From Trichosphaerium sp. ATCC 40318 (taxonomy: Eukaryota > Protista > Tubulinea): 64,000 bases of DNA. Below, piece after piece: positions 1 to 13,557 of this stretch. The number at the start of each line of letters is the position of its first letter. Position 1 is the stretch's first letter. Below the pieces are notes generated by a model that was not told where the DNA came from, made no database searches, and was given only the letters and a program-made list of their open reading frames with translations. A program made the translations under genes and the position numbers. The stretch is from NCBI GenBank assembly GCA_038496445.1, contig JALMLS010000403.1, positions 18,816 to 82,815 on the forward strand, read 5' to 3'.

Positions 1-108
1 GCAAAGCTCTGAGCCCAGTTTACAAAAAAACGAGTCAACAGAATAACGTATTTCGCTGACTGTATAAAGCTTTTATATACTTGTATCTAATGAACTGCGT
101 CGCCTAAG

Positions 109-2482
109 ATGGGAAATGCTTTTGTAACTGCCGCTCCTGACCCAAATGATGAAATTGAAGCAACCAAGGTAAATTTGTGATATACGTACGCCATTAAGCA
201 TACTCACGTTATAAAATGCAGCAACTCGAGGAAGGATGGGAGTTAATTCATGTAGCCGCTAAAAAAGGCGATGTTAATACCCTAAGGACTCTAGTTAACC
301 AAGGTACGATAAAACGCGGTAGAATTCCTGCTACAAAATTTGTTTTAACATAATACGACGTTAGATAAGTTCCTCGTTGAGTCTATGACCGATTCAGGCC
401 TAACACCGCTTGCAATTTCTATGTTACACAGACAAACTGAATGTTCTCAACTACTCCTTCAAGTATGCTCACCAGACGCGCGAAAAGTGCATTCTATTCA
501 CAAAACAAACAAAAACTAACAAAACTCAGGCATCTGTCGAAAATACACGACAAGACATACAATCAACTCTTTACCCACACTTGAACGTGCCACAACGAAA
601 ATTGCAGCCGTACGAATAAAGTCCTACCAGCAGGAACTGGTTTTTTGAAAACTTTTTTCTTGGCGAACTTAACTATCTCTTGGGCTGACGTTCGCGTAGA
701 CAGTGGGATTTCTCTGATACAGAAATGTTTTTTGCTTCTTCTCCACCTGAAGATGACACCCCTGATTATGGTCTATTCGAACCCGTGTTAGAAGACTCAA
801 ATGATTCTCTTGATAGCTCGGTACAAATTTAATTCAACGATTTAAAAAGGGAACTACTTTAATTAAATTTTATTCCAAAAAACGTTGAATCAAGTCTTCT
901 TCGTAGTACTTGATTTCTTATCGTTTTAGATGGATGTATCGGTATTAAATAGTTCTATACCTATCCCAAAATCAATAAAAGAGAGTCAGGATGAATTCCA
1001 CACGCCTAGCGGTGTAAGTAATCGATATCTTGTCAAGTTTTATTTTCTCTCATATACTGATTTTTTTAGTCTCCCGAAGTTTCGTTGACATCGTCCTCTT
1101 CTCCTTTAATGAATACACAATTAAGTGGGGATGATACAGGACCTACAAATATTAAAATAGCTGATCTATCGGAAGGATTAGAGGTGGAGTCTAGCGTAAT
1201 CTCTCCAAGTGATAAGAGTGTATCAACAAACACGGACAGCACAAACAGTGTGACATCTCAACCTCAACTTTACAATTCAGTCTTTAACTATGTGGGATCT
1301 ATGCTATGGGGTACCTTGCCTTCTACTCTATAGTGAAGCGTTACTAAATAAACGTAGGTGTTACCAAGCAACAGCCGAATAAACTTGAGAAAGATGTCAA
1401 AGTAATGAAAGCGGAGTTGAGAGAATTGAAGAAAAAATTCAAGGAACAAACACCTGTTGTTACTCAAGCGGGATTGACTCTTCCTGATGGTGATAATGCG
1501 CGTACGCATTCTTTTAAATACCCATACTTTTTATTTGGTTATTGACGGGTCGTTCTTTTAGTATTGCTCAGTGTCATTGATAGAATGCGGAATCAACTTG
1601 ATGAAATACCAAATCAAACAACGTACGTTTTTTGTTCTGTTCGCTGAACAGTGGAAGTAAGTATTTTTTTTTTGTCGTCAGTTACCACTGATACGCTTTG
1701 AATCCAACATGAAAGTGTCGTTAACAAATTTTTTTTGTAATTTTTTAGCAACATTTACTGACTCCCGCTGAAGGTCCTCTTCACCTCCACCGCCTGTTAT
1801 GGCTCCGCCTCCGCCTCCACCACCGCCACCACCGCCACCCGCACATTCTATATCGGCTGCATTCACACCACGTGTTGTTTTGCCTAAAAAAATCAAAAAA
1901 GAACGTGGACCACGTGACTATAAAAATGATCTTACAAAACTTATACAAGAATCATCTGTTGCAAAAGAGAATATATCAAAAGTATCTGAAGCTTATTTTA
2001 ATGCATTTGGAGAAGAACGTATATCTATGCTTTCAGACTTGATTTCTCATTATGGTTTCCTTATTACATTGAATCCAACTAATCCACAAGATGCAGTACA
2101 TCGTTATCTTCGTTGGGAGAATGGATTATTCAAAAAGATTGATGATGAAAAAGAGAGAAATGCATTAAGAAGAAGAAAAAGATTTGAGATTGAAAAGTAT
2201 AGTGATAAAGGTGATATTAAGAATCAATGTATTCTTGCTTTAAAAGCAAGAGAAAGAGAGATTGCAAAGAAGATTGAAGCTGAGAAAAGAAAGCAAGTTG
2301 AGTCAAAGAAAGCAGGACTTATGGATGAGCTTAAAGTTAAGTTGGATGCAAGGGCTGCTTATGATGATGCGTTGACTGCTAAGGAAAAGGAAGCTGATGA
2401 AGTTCGTCATATTGAACAGTTACAAACTGTTCAATTAACATTTAGTCTTGGTGATAGTGACGATGATGATGATGATTGGTGA
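109..2482 (+). CDS. Multi-exon ankyrin-repeat protein with polyproline tract, coiled coil and C-terminal acidic-Trp (CA-like) motif
   Basis: The hand-spliced frame is continuous from MGNAFV through ankyrin-like WELIHVAAKKGDVNTLRTLV and GLTPLAISMLHRQTECSQLLLQ, an S/D-rich linker and a 12-Pro run, ending GDSDDDDDDW*. Confidence 0.7.
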
Positions 2483-2829
2483 AAACGGGGGGTTATGAGT
2501 TGTAAAAAAAGAGAGGAAATTGAGTTTTTCAACAACATGATATTTGTACTTTTAATAAAAATGTTTAGTGGATATTTGTGCTCCTGTCAAGTGACTAGTC
2601 AGAAATTAAGTTGTGCCCAGTTGTTTCACTAGGTATGTTAGGTACCTATCTATGAACTTTTGAAATTTGTTTGGCATACGCATTGAAACACTGTAACAGA
2701 AAAAAAAATTGACAAGTTTTTGACCAGAAGTTGGTGATTGCGTTTTGTTTGGTTTTGATTTTTATTTTGTTCAATGTACATTTTTCTTTTTACATGATTG
2801 CCACAACGTGCTTTTTTAATGTATCTTTG

Positions 2830-5680
2830 TTACTTGAATGATGCCATAAATGCTTCTAGTTGTTCATCTACACCTTGAGATTTACGTTTTCTTCTACCTT
2901 GTTTTTCGTTGTCTGAGCGTTCCTTTTTCTTTTTATTTTTTTTGTCTTCAATGGGCATTTGATCAAAATCACCATAAGCTTCTTCGTCTTCTTCCTGGTT
3001 TTCTAAAAAACAAGAGTAAATACAAAGCAAAATGAATTGATTCCAAAACAAGACAATACAGAGAATAGTTTGCAAAGCAATAAGCAGAAACCTTATTTTT
3101 GAAGATCTCAAATAAAATGTGCAATTGATCTCTTGATACGTACTATCCATTCCTTTCTTTTTAGCCTCCTCTTTATCATGTTGTTCGCCAGCTTTTCTTA
3201 ATAAAGAGGTTAGTAAAGAAGAAGGTATAAACACGTTTGTTTCGAAAAAAAAGCCTAAAACTTACTTCATTTCATTTGGTGAAAATGGCAGTACTGAGTA
3301 GTCATTGACTGGATTAGGATCAGCTTCGAGTGCTTCTTTAATAAACTCTAAAGCGTCTGACAGACGTCCTAGATTAAGAGCACAGAATGCAGCATTAAAA
3401 TTAGCCCTAAATCACGTGTTAAGATTCTAAAAAAGTGATTAAGGTAAGCTACCTTGCTTTGTGGTTCGGTTTGTCTTTTATAGCACGTAAGTGATCATCT
3501 AGTTGTTCTTTCATTGGATTCGATTGTGTGGATGTACTTTGACTTTTCTCAAACATACTCTTAATATCAACTTCATTTTCTTCGGCTATACAATCGAATT
3601 AGCATAGTGGTTGCCACAACAAAAAAGAAAGGGAATTTTATAAGAAAGGTACCAATCTTAAATATTTCTTCCAGTTCAGCTATTGAGTCATTTGCATTGT
3701 TACAAAGGATCATACAATAAACGATATTAACCTAATTAAACAGTTAAATATGCGTATACATAGAATTGGTTCAAACTATGTATCAACATTACCTTATCAT
3801 ATAGTTTCTGGTCAATATCTGCCGACAATTCTGCTGCCTTAGAATCACATTAAATGAAGTTATTACAATAAAATTATAACAATATACCTCCCGCAATAAG
3901 TCCGCTACTACTCCAAGCTTACTTCGTTCTGACATCATGCTGTATGCCTTCAAATACATGTCAGATATCAAACACTACCAACAGAACCAAAATTTCACAA
4001 AAAATTCGCACCTGTTTTCTTAAAGCAACAACAAGATTGTTGATAGATAAACCAGGATCGAAATCTGTATCAAGACTTACAACAAAAGTCAGAAAGTGAT
4101 TGGTAGTAGGTTGATGTTGTCAACAAGCAAGAAATGTCCAAAAAATGGATATGTTTTTCCACTACTTCACTTACCCAACCTCTATAGCTTTTCTGTAGTA
4201 ATATATAGCTTCATCCATTTGTTGGACGTTGAACCATATATTCGCTTAAAGAATAAAGTGAGCAAACAAAGATGTTCAAAACCATGTGCTTTCGTACCAA
4301 CAAAATGATAATTTTGAGGATTTGTAGGATCCAACTCTAACGAGTACAGGTAAGCTACAGTCTCTATGCTTAAAAGTTGTATTGAATGTGAGTACCTAAT
4401 CCCTTGATAGCTGTATTGGCTGCTTCTTCTAGAGCTCCTTTTTGTGCTATGATATTTGCCATGCTATCAACAATTGTTGTTAAAAAAACTATGTAAAAAA
4501 AATACGAGTTCTCGTTGTACCTTATAAACCCAATAGCGTTTTTGCTATTCGCCTCTGTAGAAGCTCTATAGTGTTGATACGCTTTATCTATATCTGTATC
4601 TAAAAATAGCGATCCAACATGCCTATTAAAGATGCATTAGAAATCAGAAAAAAAAAAACCTAATGTCCGTACATATGACTACGATAGTCTCTAGGATCTT
4701 TTGCGATAGCATCAAGATAATGCACCTTCGCACCTTCTGTATCTTTTAATGCCATCTCAGTAATATATCCAAGATGGTAATGTGCAATAGCTGCCTCTCT
4801 AGCCCTATCACATGTCACAGCTTTCTGTAAAAGCGTAAGAGCAGCTTCTAAAAAAACAACTTCAGTTACACAAAAATCACTAAATTTCAGACTCCACGTG
4901 ATGATCACGTGAGTTTATATACCTGTATCGTTAAGTGTATAGTAGTATATAACACCCATGTTAGTATAAGCATGTGAATGAAAGTTGTTATGATTTAAAC
5001 ACTCTTTATAAAATTCAAGAGCTTTTTCAGTGTCTTTATCCTCGTAGTGCGCTTTTACACCCCTCTCATATGATGATTCTGCTTTTATGAGTTTAATTGC
5101 GCTTGATAAAGGACGTTGTATGCTATCATATTCGGTTGAGTCCAAGTAAAGCTTTGCGAGCTCGATATACTCTTTAATACTGTTTGGCGCTTTATCTATC
5201 TTCATTTGTTGCTCTCTAATGCGTGCATTAAAGAAATCATCGTCTTTGATCTCTTCTTTGGGTTTCTCATTTTTTTGTTTGGCCTATTGGACTTGTTATT
5301 ATGTTTTAAAGTGATTGAGAGTACTTGTTCGGTGAGGTCAGAGGCGGTTTGAACAAGTAATTCTATATTACCCCATTTTGTCTCTGCTAGGCGTAAATAC
5401 GCGTCAATGATACGCAAGTACCTTTTTTAACACTATTCAGGAGTAATTGTGCTTTAGCGAGTAAATTCTGCTCTTCATGCACGCTAGGTTCTCTTCTACG
5501 CGTTGCAGAGTGCGAAGAGTGCGCTTTCCATGGTTTGTCATCATGATATTGCCTGAAGCTTGTTTGATTCGCAATGCGTACTCTCCTAGTAACTGACGTC
5601 CTCCCAACATGACACTTTGCTGGTGTAGCACGGCGTTGTGCCTTGTACAAACATTCTCTGGCAAAAACACGTAGTGCCAT
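2830..5680 (-). CDS. TPR-repeat protein with a probable mitochondrial presequence (multi-exon)
   Basis: TPR-like helices (AYTNMGVIYY, AHYHLGYITE, AKVHYLDAIAKDP). The Arg-rich N-terminus MALRVFARECLYKAQRR has few acidic residues. The start codon is uncertain. Confidence 0.7.
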
Positions 5681-5918
5681 TGGGTTTCTAGCAAACAAAA
5701 TGCAAATAGTTTGACTTTATACAAACTTGGCAACCTCTCTTGCTTACGAAAAAATGAGCACGTGCTACCAGCAATTTTATACAAATACTCAAGTTGTGAC
5801 TGGTAACAGCATCAAAGTCAAGTACTTGGTTGGAAGGCTTGAAACAAAACAAGCGCATTCTGGTTTTCAACGGTGGTAAAAGATTGTAGCTGTAACAAGC
5901 GCCACAGACGTCGCAAAC

Positions 5919-7714
5919 ATGTCCAGTGATAAGAAGAGCGATGAGCGTACTGGTTCGTTTAATCCAATGGAGTGGGATGGAGAATTAGTTCTAGACCGCC
6001 TACACGCACGATTCATACTGAAAGTAATATCTGGGTTGCTTAGTACGCGTTTTAGTGTAATTGAGCTAATTTTTTTATAGCCGGTTTTTTATTGCTTGTG
6101 TTGCTATCTTCGGCATTCGTGAAGCATAATACAGTGACAAGGACTAGTGATACGTCATTGATGCCACTACCGAAGGTAAAATCGTTGTATGCTATCGCTT
6201 TGTAGTAAAAACATCCCAACAGGACATTCCGCCTCTAAACGCTGAGAATTTTAAACTTCGTTACGATTGCCCAGAGGAGCCTTACGTAAATAAGACACTA
6301 GAACCCTGGTACGCTTAAAACCGCACTTTACAAAATTGCAACGTGGTTTACAACCATAATCACTTTAAACTAACTCAATAAAGGTCTCACGTTGGTATTT
6401 CATCAGACCTCATAGCAGAGTCAGTAAAACAATGCCCACATTGCTTGAGAATCCAAGTCATAGATAATAAAGTACTACAAAAGCGGTTTTTTTTTCTCAA
6501 AAAAAGTTATTCTTACTCTTTGTTAGTTTTACGTCCTGAACCATTACAAGCTCATTGCAAAATTACCAAAACGTGCCAAGTACGTTTATTACACAATTGG
6601 CGCAGATATTGTGTCACATCAAATCACGTGTTTGATGTGAACAAGCGTTTTGAAGACAGTAACAAGATGCTTACTTTTTTTTCAAAATTAGACATATTAA
6701 ACAATTAGAACGTCTCTTGTTGGGTATAAGCAAAGTTGTGGAGATACCTGATCTTGATATTTTATTTAATATACTGGAAGTACCCGTTATACACCGTTCA
6801 GACGCATACAATGCCACTCAACCACCACCTGTTGTTGCATCATACATGTCATCTAAAAAATTATATTATGATATTCATGTGCCCAATTACGCCACAGAGT
6901 TATCTGATGAGCTTCTTTTGGATAGCATTGTAGCAAGTAAATATATCAAAGTAGAAGATAAGAAAGATGAAGCGCACTGGCAAGGTAGACTATTGACACA
7001 ATGCAGCTCTGGTACCAAGAAAACTTTTCCGTCTTTTTTCCTGTTTTTAATGGTCAATAATAGGTTGGAGTAACCATACAGCTGTAAAGATAAATGCTCT
7101 ACATGAGAAAGAAAGTCCAGTTAATATAAGGTTCTTACACGATGACTATTGTGATCAGGTATGAGACATCTCTTTAATGTTAAAAAAAAATTCTTATTCT
7201 TCTGTTAGGATATTGTTGCTGCTATTCGCGGCCGTGGGATAACTACAGTAGATCCTCTATCATTTAAACAACAGCTTGAGTTTAAGTTTATTCTTTTTAT
7301 TGGCGTTGATCGTCTTGAATCTCAACTCATTAGATTCCTTGCGTCAAACAGTGTTGTTATGAAAGATCCACTTGGATTTGAAGAGTGGTTTGAACATAAA
7401 CTTGTAAATGGAAAACACTGGATTGTACCAGATGATTTTGCTTCTAGTGTTGTTTTTAACCTTGATAGAGCATTAACGTACGTGTAGCAAGAGTAGATAA
7501 CGTTTTACTTACGGATATTAGTGATCCTCAATCGTTACTTAGTATGGTAAAGGCTTCCACTGAATTTGCTGTTACGGAGTTGAATGGCGATGTTATACGA
7601 TGTTATTGGCATCAAGTATTATCAGAGTATTCCAATTTGCTCAAGTTCAAAGTAGAGAAAGATTCAAATGCCGTCACGCTCGAAAAGGCGTTAGAGAAGC
7701 CTATCAAGTTTTAA
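5919..7714 (+). CDS. Type II membrane glycosyltransferase family 90 (CAP10/POGLUT-like), divergent
   Basis: N-terminal TM segment, then IPDLDILFN, YDIHVPNY, AHWQGR, FLASNSVVMK..FEEWFEHKL..HWIVP and DVIRCYWHQVLSEYSNLL. These follow the GT90 motif order. Confidence 0.75.
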
Positions 7715-8112
7715 AACAGTATCCTTTAAAAAAAAACCACAACGCTTATCAAGAAGAAGACACCACTGACAAGGGTAACTGGAAAAGGTTGATATAGTGC
7801 CACTAAAAAGCTACTAAACGAAAACGCACGAGAATAAGACATCGATGACGTGACTGCCATTGAGAAGGTATTGCTACAATTTTTTACAACAGTAGCAAAA
7901 GACAAATGCTGGATTGTTATCTTTGAATAAATGCCTTTAAAATATGTCTACTGATTAGTATGTCAGTTACTTGCTTAGCGTCTGAGCGTGGCCGTACTTG
8001 TATTTTCGGAACATATTCTGGAACGTGGAGATAGTCGCTGAACCAGGTTGCCTTAGAAAAACAAGACTTAAACTCGGAATTTTTTGTACCAATGCGCAAA
8101 ACAACGTAATTC

Positions 8113-11100
8113 ATGTCGGAAGTACTTGAAGATTATTTTGGCATTGCCGAAGGCATAGAATACTTCTGGAATAGCCAATTTGATGACGCTGACGCGTTCT
8201 TTAAAATAAAGGCCACGCAAGAGCCACTACATTGCTTTCACTACGCGGAGGTACGCGTTGGTAATACGGAAACGAATTTTGACGTTATTATTCCAAATTA
8301 TTGTCCGCAATTGTGTGAAATATTGTTAAATCGCACTAGGTCGCTTTATTTCGTGCTATCTTTACTGAAGAAGAAAAAGACGCCAAAGAGGCCTTAAAAC
8401 GATTAGGAGAGGCAGAATCTTTGTTTAATACGTTGAGTGGCGGTGGTAGCTTAGTTGTACGTTAATCTAGATCACATATTCTTTGTAGAATTGGCGAAAA
8501 TTTGAGAAAGCTAACACTAAAGTGTCAAGCTCCTTTGTTCTCTTAGATAATAACGCCATTGTCTAGAAAAGCGTTTGGAAAGCATTTGGTGGAGTTGATG
8601 ACACCAAACGCTCTGATGAGCAGAAACAAGAAAGAGCAATGTACAGTGCTGTACGTTGCAGTTTTTTGTTTAGTGGATTTTTTTTTGTTTACTTTTTCGG
8701 GTAGGCACTTGCCGATATTTATACTGCCTATGCTATCCTTTATTTACGTCGTGGTGTATATGTACGTGCGGCTTATAATGTAAGAAGAAGCTGGAAGGCT
8801 TATGAAAGCGCTGGAAAGAAGTATAAGCTCAAAATGCATGACTTTGATCCCAAAGAAAAAAAGGTACATTGCTTTAAACAATTTTTTTGTTCTGATATTT
8901 GTTTTCATTCGTTGATATCTTTTTTGTAGGAATATTCTGAGTTGAGTCCTTATGATAAATACAGAGATAGTATGTTGCATGCTGGTATAGGCGGATTTTA
9001 TTTTTTCGTAAGCCTAGTACCTTCGAGTTTTACATGGATCATTGAGGCGCTTGGATTTAAGGTACAAGTTGTTTTTAAGTGATTTTTTTTCCTGCCTTTG
9101 TTGTGACTGTGGCCTTTTGGTTTTGTTTATTATGTATTGAATTATGTCTAAGGGTAACCGTACACTCGGTATTGAACTATTAGAGTCTTGTATGAAGAGC
9201 GGAGGACACCGTGCACAGTTGGCATTGTTGCTTTTAATTTGGATCTACCAGTTTTTTTTAAGTGACTGGGATACAACTGAAAGGCTTCTAAAGGTTGCAG
9301 AGGATAGATATCCGTACGTTTTAATCCTTTAAAAAATCACCAACGACAGCAATATCTTGTACAAACTTTTTCGAAAAAAAAAAATAGTCAACGTCACGTG
9401 ACGTGCCATGAGTCATTATTCGTATCCTTTTTCATTTGACAAACTTGTATATTTTGGCTATCACCTTTTACCCACGAGGTTTTTTTGCAACTAGTAGAGA
9501 ATTCTATTTGTTGTCCTCACTTCTGTTTTAGGAACGGAGCCTTGTTTTTTTATTTGGGCGGTTATTATAAACGTAAAGTTCGTGATCTAGATGGAGCCGA
9601 AGCGTACTTTATACGTGTTCGTGATTGCTCAGCGCAAGTACGTCAAGTACAGCTGAATTCGCTCTACGAACTCGGATGGACTGTTTATTATAAATTGGAC
9701 TGGAAAAAAGCAATAGAATACTTTGAAGGATTTCTAGCAGGTATGTCTTATTTGGAGGGTTTATTCTTGCTCACAATGATTGTTTAGAGTCAACAGCACC
9801 TAGTTTCAGAGCTTATTGCGGTTATCAACTTGCTACATGCTATATAATGACAGATGAAAATGAAAAAGCTAGAGTAATATTTAAGAAGATTTTGGATGGT
9901 CACTGGGTCAGAAAGGTACGTGTTTTATGAGGTTAACATTTAGTTTTGTACTACTTTAACATCTAATACAAACTAGCATTACTCTTTTGACCAGTTTGCT
10001 GGGCGTAAAGCGAAAGAGTACCTAGCTTCAGATGGGAAATTTACTGACTTTCAGAAGTTGATGATTAAAGTCACTGTACAAAACAAAGCTTTCTTATTCG
10101 CTGCAAGAGATACTCTAAAGGAAGCACAAGATATGATCGATTCAGGTATGAGGCCATTTACATTACCAATGATAAACTCAACTCAGTTAAAGCAGTTGAA
10201 TACATGTTTTTTTCCTCCACCAACCAATTGCACTACTCACCTTTCCTTTAGGCGTAGATATTGAGATTGACGATTTGGGTATCTTCTACTATGAGAAGGG
10301 ATTGAACTCTCGCCAACTAGGAGATAATGACGAAGCTAAGCAGTATTTTATGGTAAGCTCATTTCGAGGTAACACTTGAAGCTTACTAAATTAATTGTCC
10401 TTTTAGAAATGTTTTGCTCTTGAAGACCAAGAACTTAAACGTGAATTCTATGTTCTTCCTCATAGTTACGCTGAGTGTGCAGAGATACTACTTGAAGAAG
10501 GTGACCTGAAGAGTGCTAAGAAGTTCTTTGTGAAAGCAAGAAAAGGATACACAAACTATGTACGCAAACTTATACTTTACTGCCTTAAACTGACTTCTTC
10601 TTTGTGTAGGACTTTGATAAACCACTTGTTAGAAGACTAGGTAAGTAGATTAGTACATGTATAATCCCGTGATTGACTGAGATTTCAGAGAAATGGCTTG
10701 ACGATATTAAGAAAGGAAGAGCACTTGAGAAAGCAAAACAAAAAGCAGATCAAAGAAAGAACCTCAACAGTAGATACACTAAAAAACAAGGTCGTAGTAC
10801 CACATTGGATAAAGGTTCTGATGATGCTGAAACTACACACTCATCTGCATCTGGGGTTAGGTCTCTTCTTTTAGCATAAAGCTTATTTGAACCAATAGGG
10901 AGGCACAGTGAGCATGACTCGAGAAGTGTTGTCTTTGAGCACACCTCCACATTTCATAAAGCCAATTGATCTAGATGAGCCTTTAGAAGGTAAAGTCATC
11001 GAAGTTCCACCTGTACAAAGTCCAGAAGAGTCAGAATCAGACGAGTTCTTCTCAGCAGACGAAGGTACAAAAAAATTCTTCACAAAAAAAAAGTTGCTTA

Positions 11101-13313
11101 AGTTTGTAGGGAGTGATGTTGATGTGGATGATGTCACTATAGTAAAACATGCGCACCAACCTGATACAAATGTTAGCAGACAAACATTAATACCTATTAT
11201 TCCAAACTAACTTAAATAAATTCAAAAAAAGGCAATCGAAGTAGCAATGAACAAACTTATAGATGATATTCATACTGATGATTATTCCACAACAGAAAGT
11301 ACTCTTCCTAGACCACTAGAAAAGGATGAAGAGGTAAATACTGATAACCACGTGCTCGTTTATATATGACTTACATTGAATAATAAAAGCTAAGCACCGA
11401 GTACAAAAAACAACAGGAGCTAGATAAGCAACTTGATCAATTGGTCATGTACAAAAAAAAAAAAAAAAAAAAAGTAATAAGGTTGACTTATCGTTATTAA
11501 GGCAAATGCTTGGATCGCAACTTCTTGATATCAGAGTACACTGGCTCTTTTTAAAAGTTTATTATATATCATATACGGTCTTATTGTTATTAAGGAGCAT
11601 ACATTACGTTTGAGGTCACATGCTTCATGCTTTTATGGTACAAGTCAAAAAGTTTTCAAGTGTCAAACATTTTTGTTTTACAAAAAACAAAGGCATTAAC
11701 ATGGTCATGGCTCTTGTTGATGAACTCGGTTTAAGTCAGAAGGAAGCATTAGAAACTGGCCAAGTAAGCTGTCAGCTAATTATAGTTACTATTAACGAGC
11801 AACGTCTAACACTAACACAACAGCTGTTGTTGAGTAATCATCGCATTCGTGAAGTTGCACACTCTAGTGGTTTCAAAGCAGAAAAGTTACTTTACCGCTT
11901 TCAGGCACCACACATCCTCCCTTGACTATGGTTTTACTCATCTACTTGGCTAGGAACATGTCAAGTCTACTGCTCTTAATATGAGCAAGCTTTGGAGCTT
12001 ACCTCCTCGTCGTGCAAAATATGTTCTAAAATCTCTTAATGAGAGAATGTATAAATTGTATGAACTTTTTCTTTCATCAGATGGTCTTCATCTTGATATA
12101 GAAAACTTTGGGAAAAGTTCTCATTTTAGAGAGTTTAAGCTTGCAACAGCAGAACTACAAACGGTATGCCATTTATTCATCGTAGAAGCGAGAATTTTTA
12201 ATATGAACTTCAAACTTAAAAAAAACCTACAATTTAGATTGACATGCAAAGTATGACAAAAGAGTTACGACTTGCTTTTTTTATAAATATGTACAATATT
12301 TTATATATCCATGGAAGCGTGGAGATAGGTACTTGGGTTTTTTTGAAAAAAAATTTATTCTAAAGGAGGGTGTTGACTTTTTTTGGAAAGGAGTTCCTCA
12401 AGGAAAACTTGGAAGACGATCTTTTTTTAGAGATGTTGCTTACAGAATTGCTGGGCAAGATTATAGTTTAAATGATATTGAGCACGGTATATTAAGAGGT
12501 ATTATACCAACCCTTTCGTTTGCTGAAGTCAAAGTGAATGACGCAAGGCGGAAACTCTTTTTTTTTTCGAAGTTGATCTTTATATTTAGGAAATAAAAAA
12601 TCAGAGTTTTGGAACCTTTTCTCAACACAGTTCAAGTCTTCAGACCAAAGAAGATTATTCTGTATTACACCCACAGATCCAAGGATACACTTTTGTTTGA
12701 ATGTAAGTTTACAGTATTGTTGTGTCATTGACAGCGTGTTCTTTAGTGTGGTGCTGAATCTTGTCCGCCTTTGAGACTTTATTCACCAGGTACATCACTG
12801 CTTTATTTTGGAATTGTGATATCACGTGATAGTTTGTTTTTCTTACTCGTCTGTTTAGAAGATATTTATCCTGCTCTCCAATTTGCTGGAGAGAAATTTT
12901 GCAGTGATCACGTTAAAATAGATTTAAAAAAGAAAGAGGTAAAAAAATAGGGAAATCACATTTTTAAACGCTTAAAAAGTCTCACCACTCTTCTTTCCCT
13001 ACCCACCCCATGAGCATTAAAATAGAAGCGCTAATGTTCCTGCGAGGGGTGAGGGATATGAAAAATGAGAATTTGTTGATGGGATTGTTAGATGATAAGT
13101 TTTAATTTTTTTTTTCCTTAGATTGTTCTATCAAAAATTTTCAAATGGTATCGAAGCGATTTTGCTAAGTCTGATCGAGAGTTTTATGCTTATATCGCAA
13201 CTTTCTTGGATGAAGATAAAGCACTAAAATTAGAAGAGCTTTTATTATATAATTTTTCTGTAAAGTATGAAGAGTACAGCTGGAGGAGTGTTTACCAAAA
13301 AAGGAAAGAATAA
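8113..13313 (+). CDS. TTC39/Iml2-like TPR protein fused to DEP and DUF547 domains (multi-exon)
   Basis: TTC39-like N-terminus (GIEYFWNSQFDDA, YELGWTVYYKLDW, YDFDKPL), DEP (SCFYG..MV..L...SQKEAL..GQLLL...LYRF) and DUF547 (LAFFINMYN, SLNDIEHGILRG, DPRIHFCLNCGAESCPPL, LSKIFKWYRSDF). The frame is continuous through GT-AG introns plus one GC-AG intron. Confidence 0.8.
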
Positions 13314-13557
13314 TACCAAAAAAAAAAAACAAAGAAAAAAAAAATTAGATTTGTACGACATTATGTAACTTGGGCGCATAATAATTTGAGTATTGTATTA
13401 AAGTAACGATTAAAATTAAGTCCTTTATTGAAATAAAAAGTGTTGATCCAAGGACACCGCACATGATAAAATTTTCTCCTTTGAAAAAACATTACAATTT
13501 ACATCTTTGGAGGTTCTCCATTTTGCCAGTCTGTGACAGCTGTTATATCTTTATTTT

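Noticed and set aside
1678-1896. Antisense and alternative-frame ORFs (poly-Gly here; also 14305-14640, 17051-17298, 30967-31857, 39592-40053)
   Set aside because: These are shadows of real low-complexity genes or of the T tract.
9422-9478. U12-type intron (GTATCCTTT...CCTTTTAC...AG) nested in a U2 intron; a similar 5' motif at 7719
   Set aside because: The branch-site match is imperfect, neither site is needed for any reading frame, and chance occurrence is plausible in AT-rich DNA.
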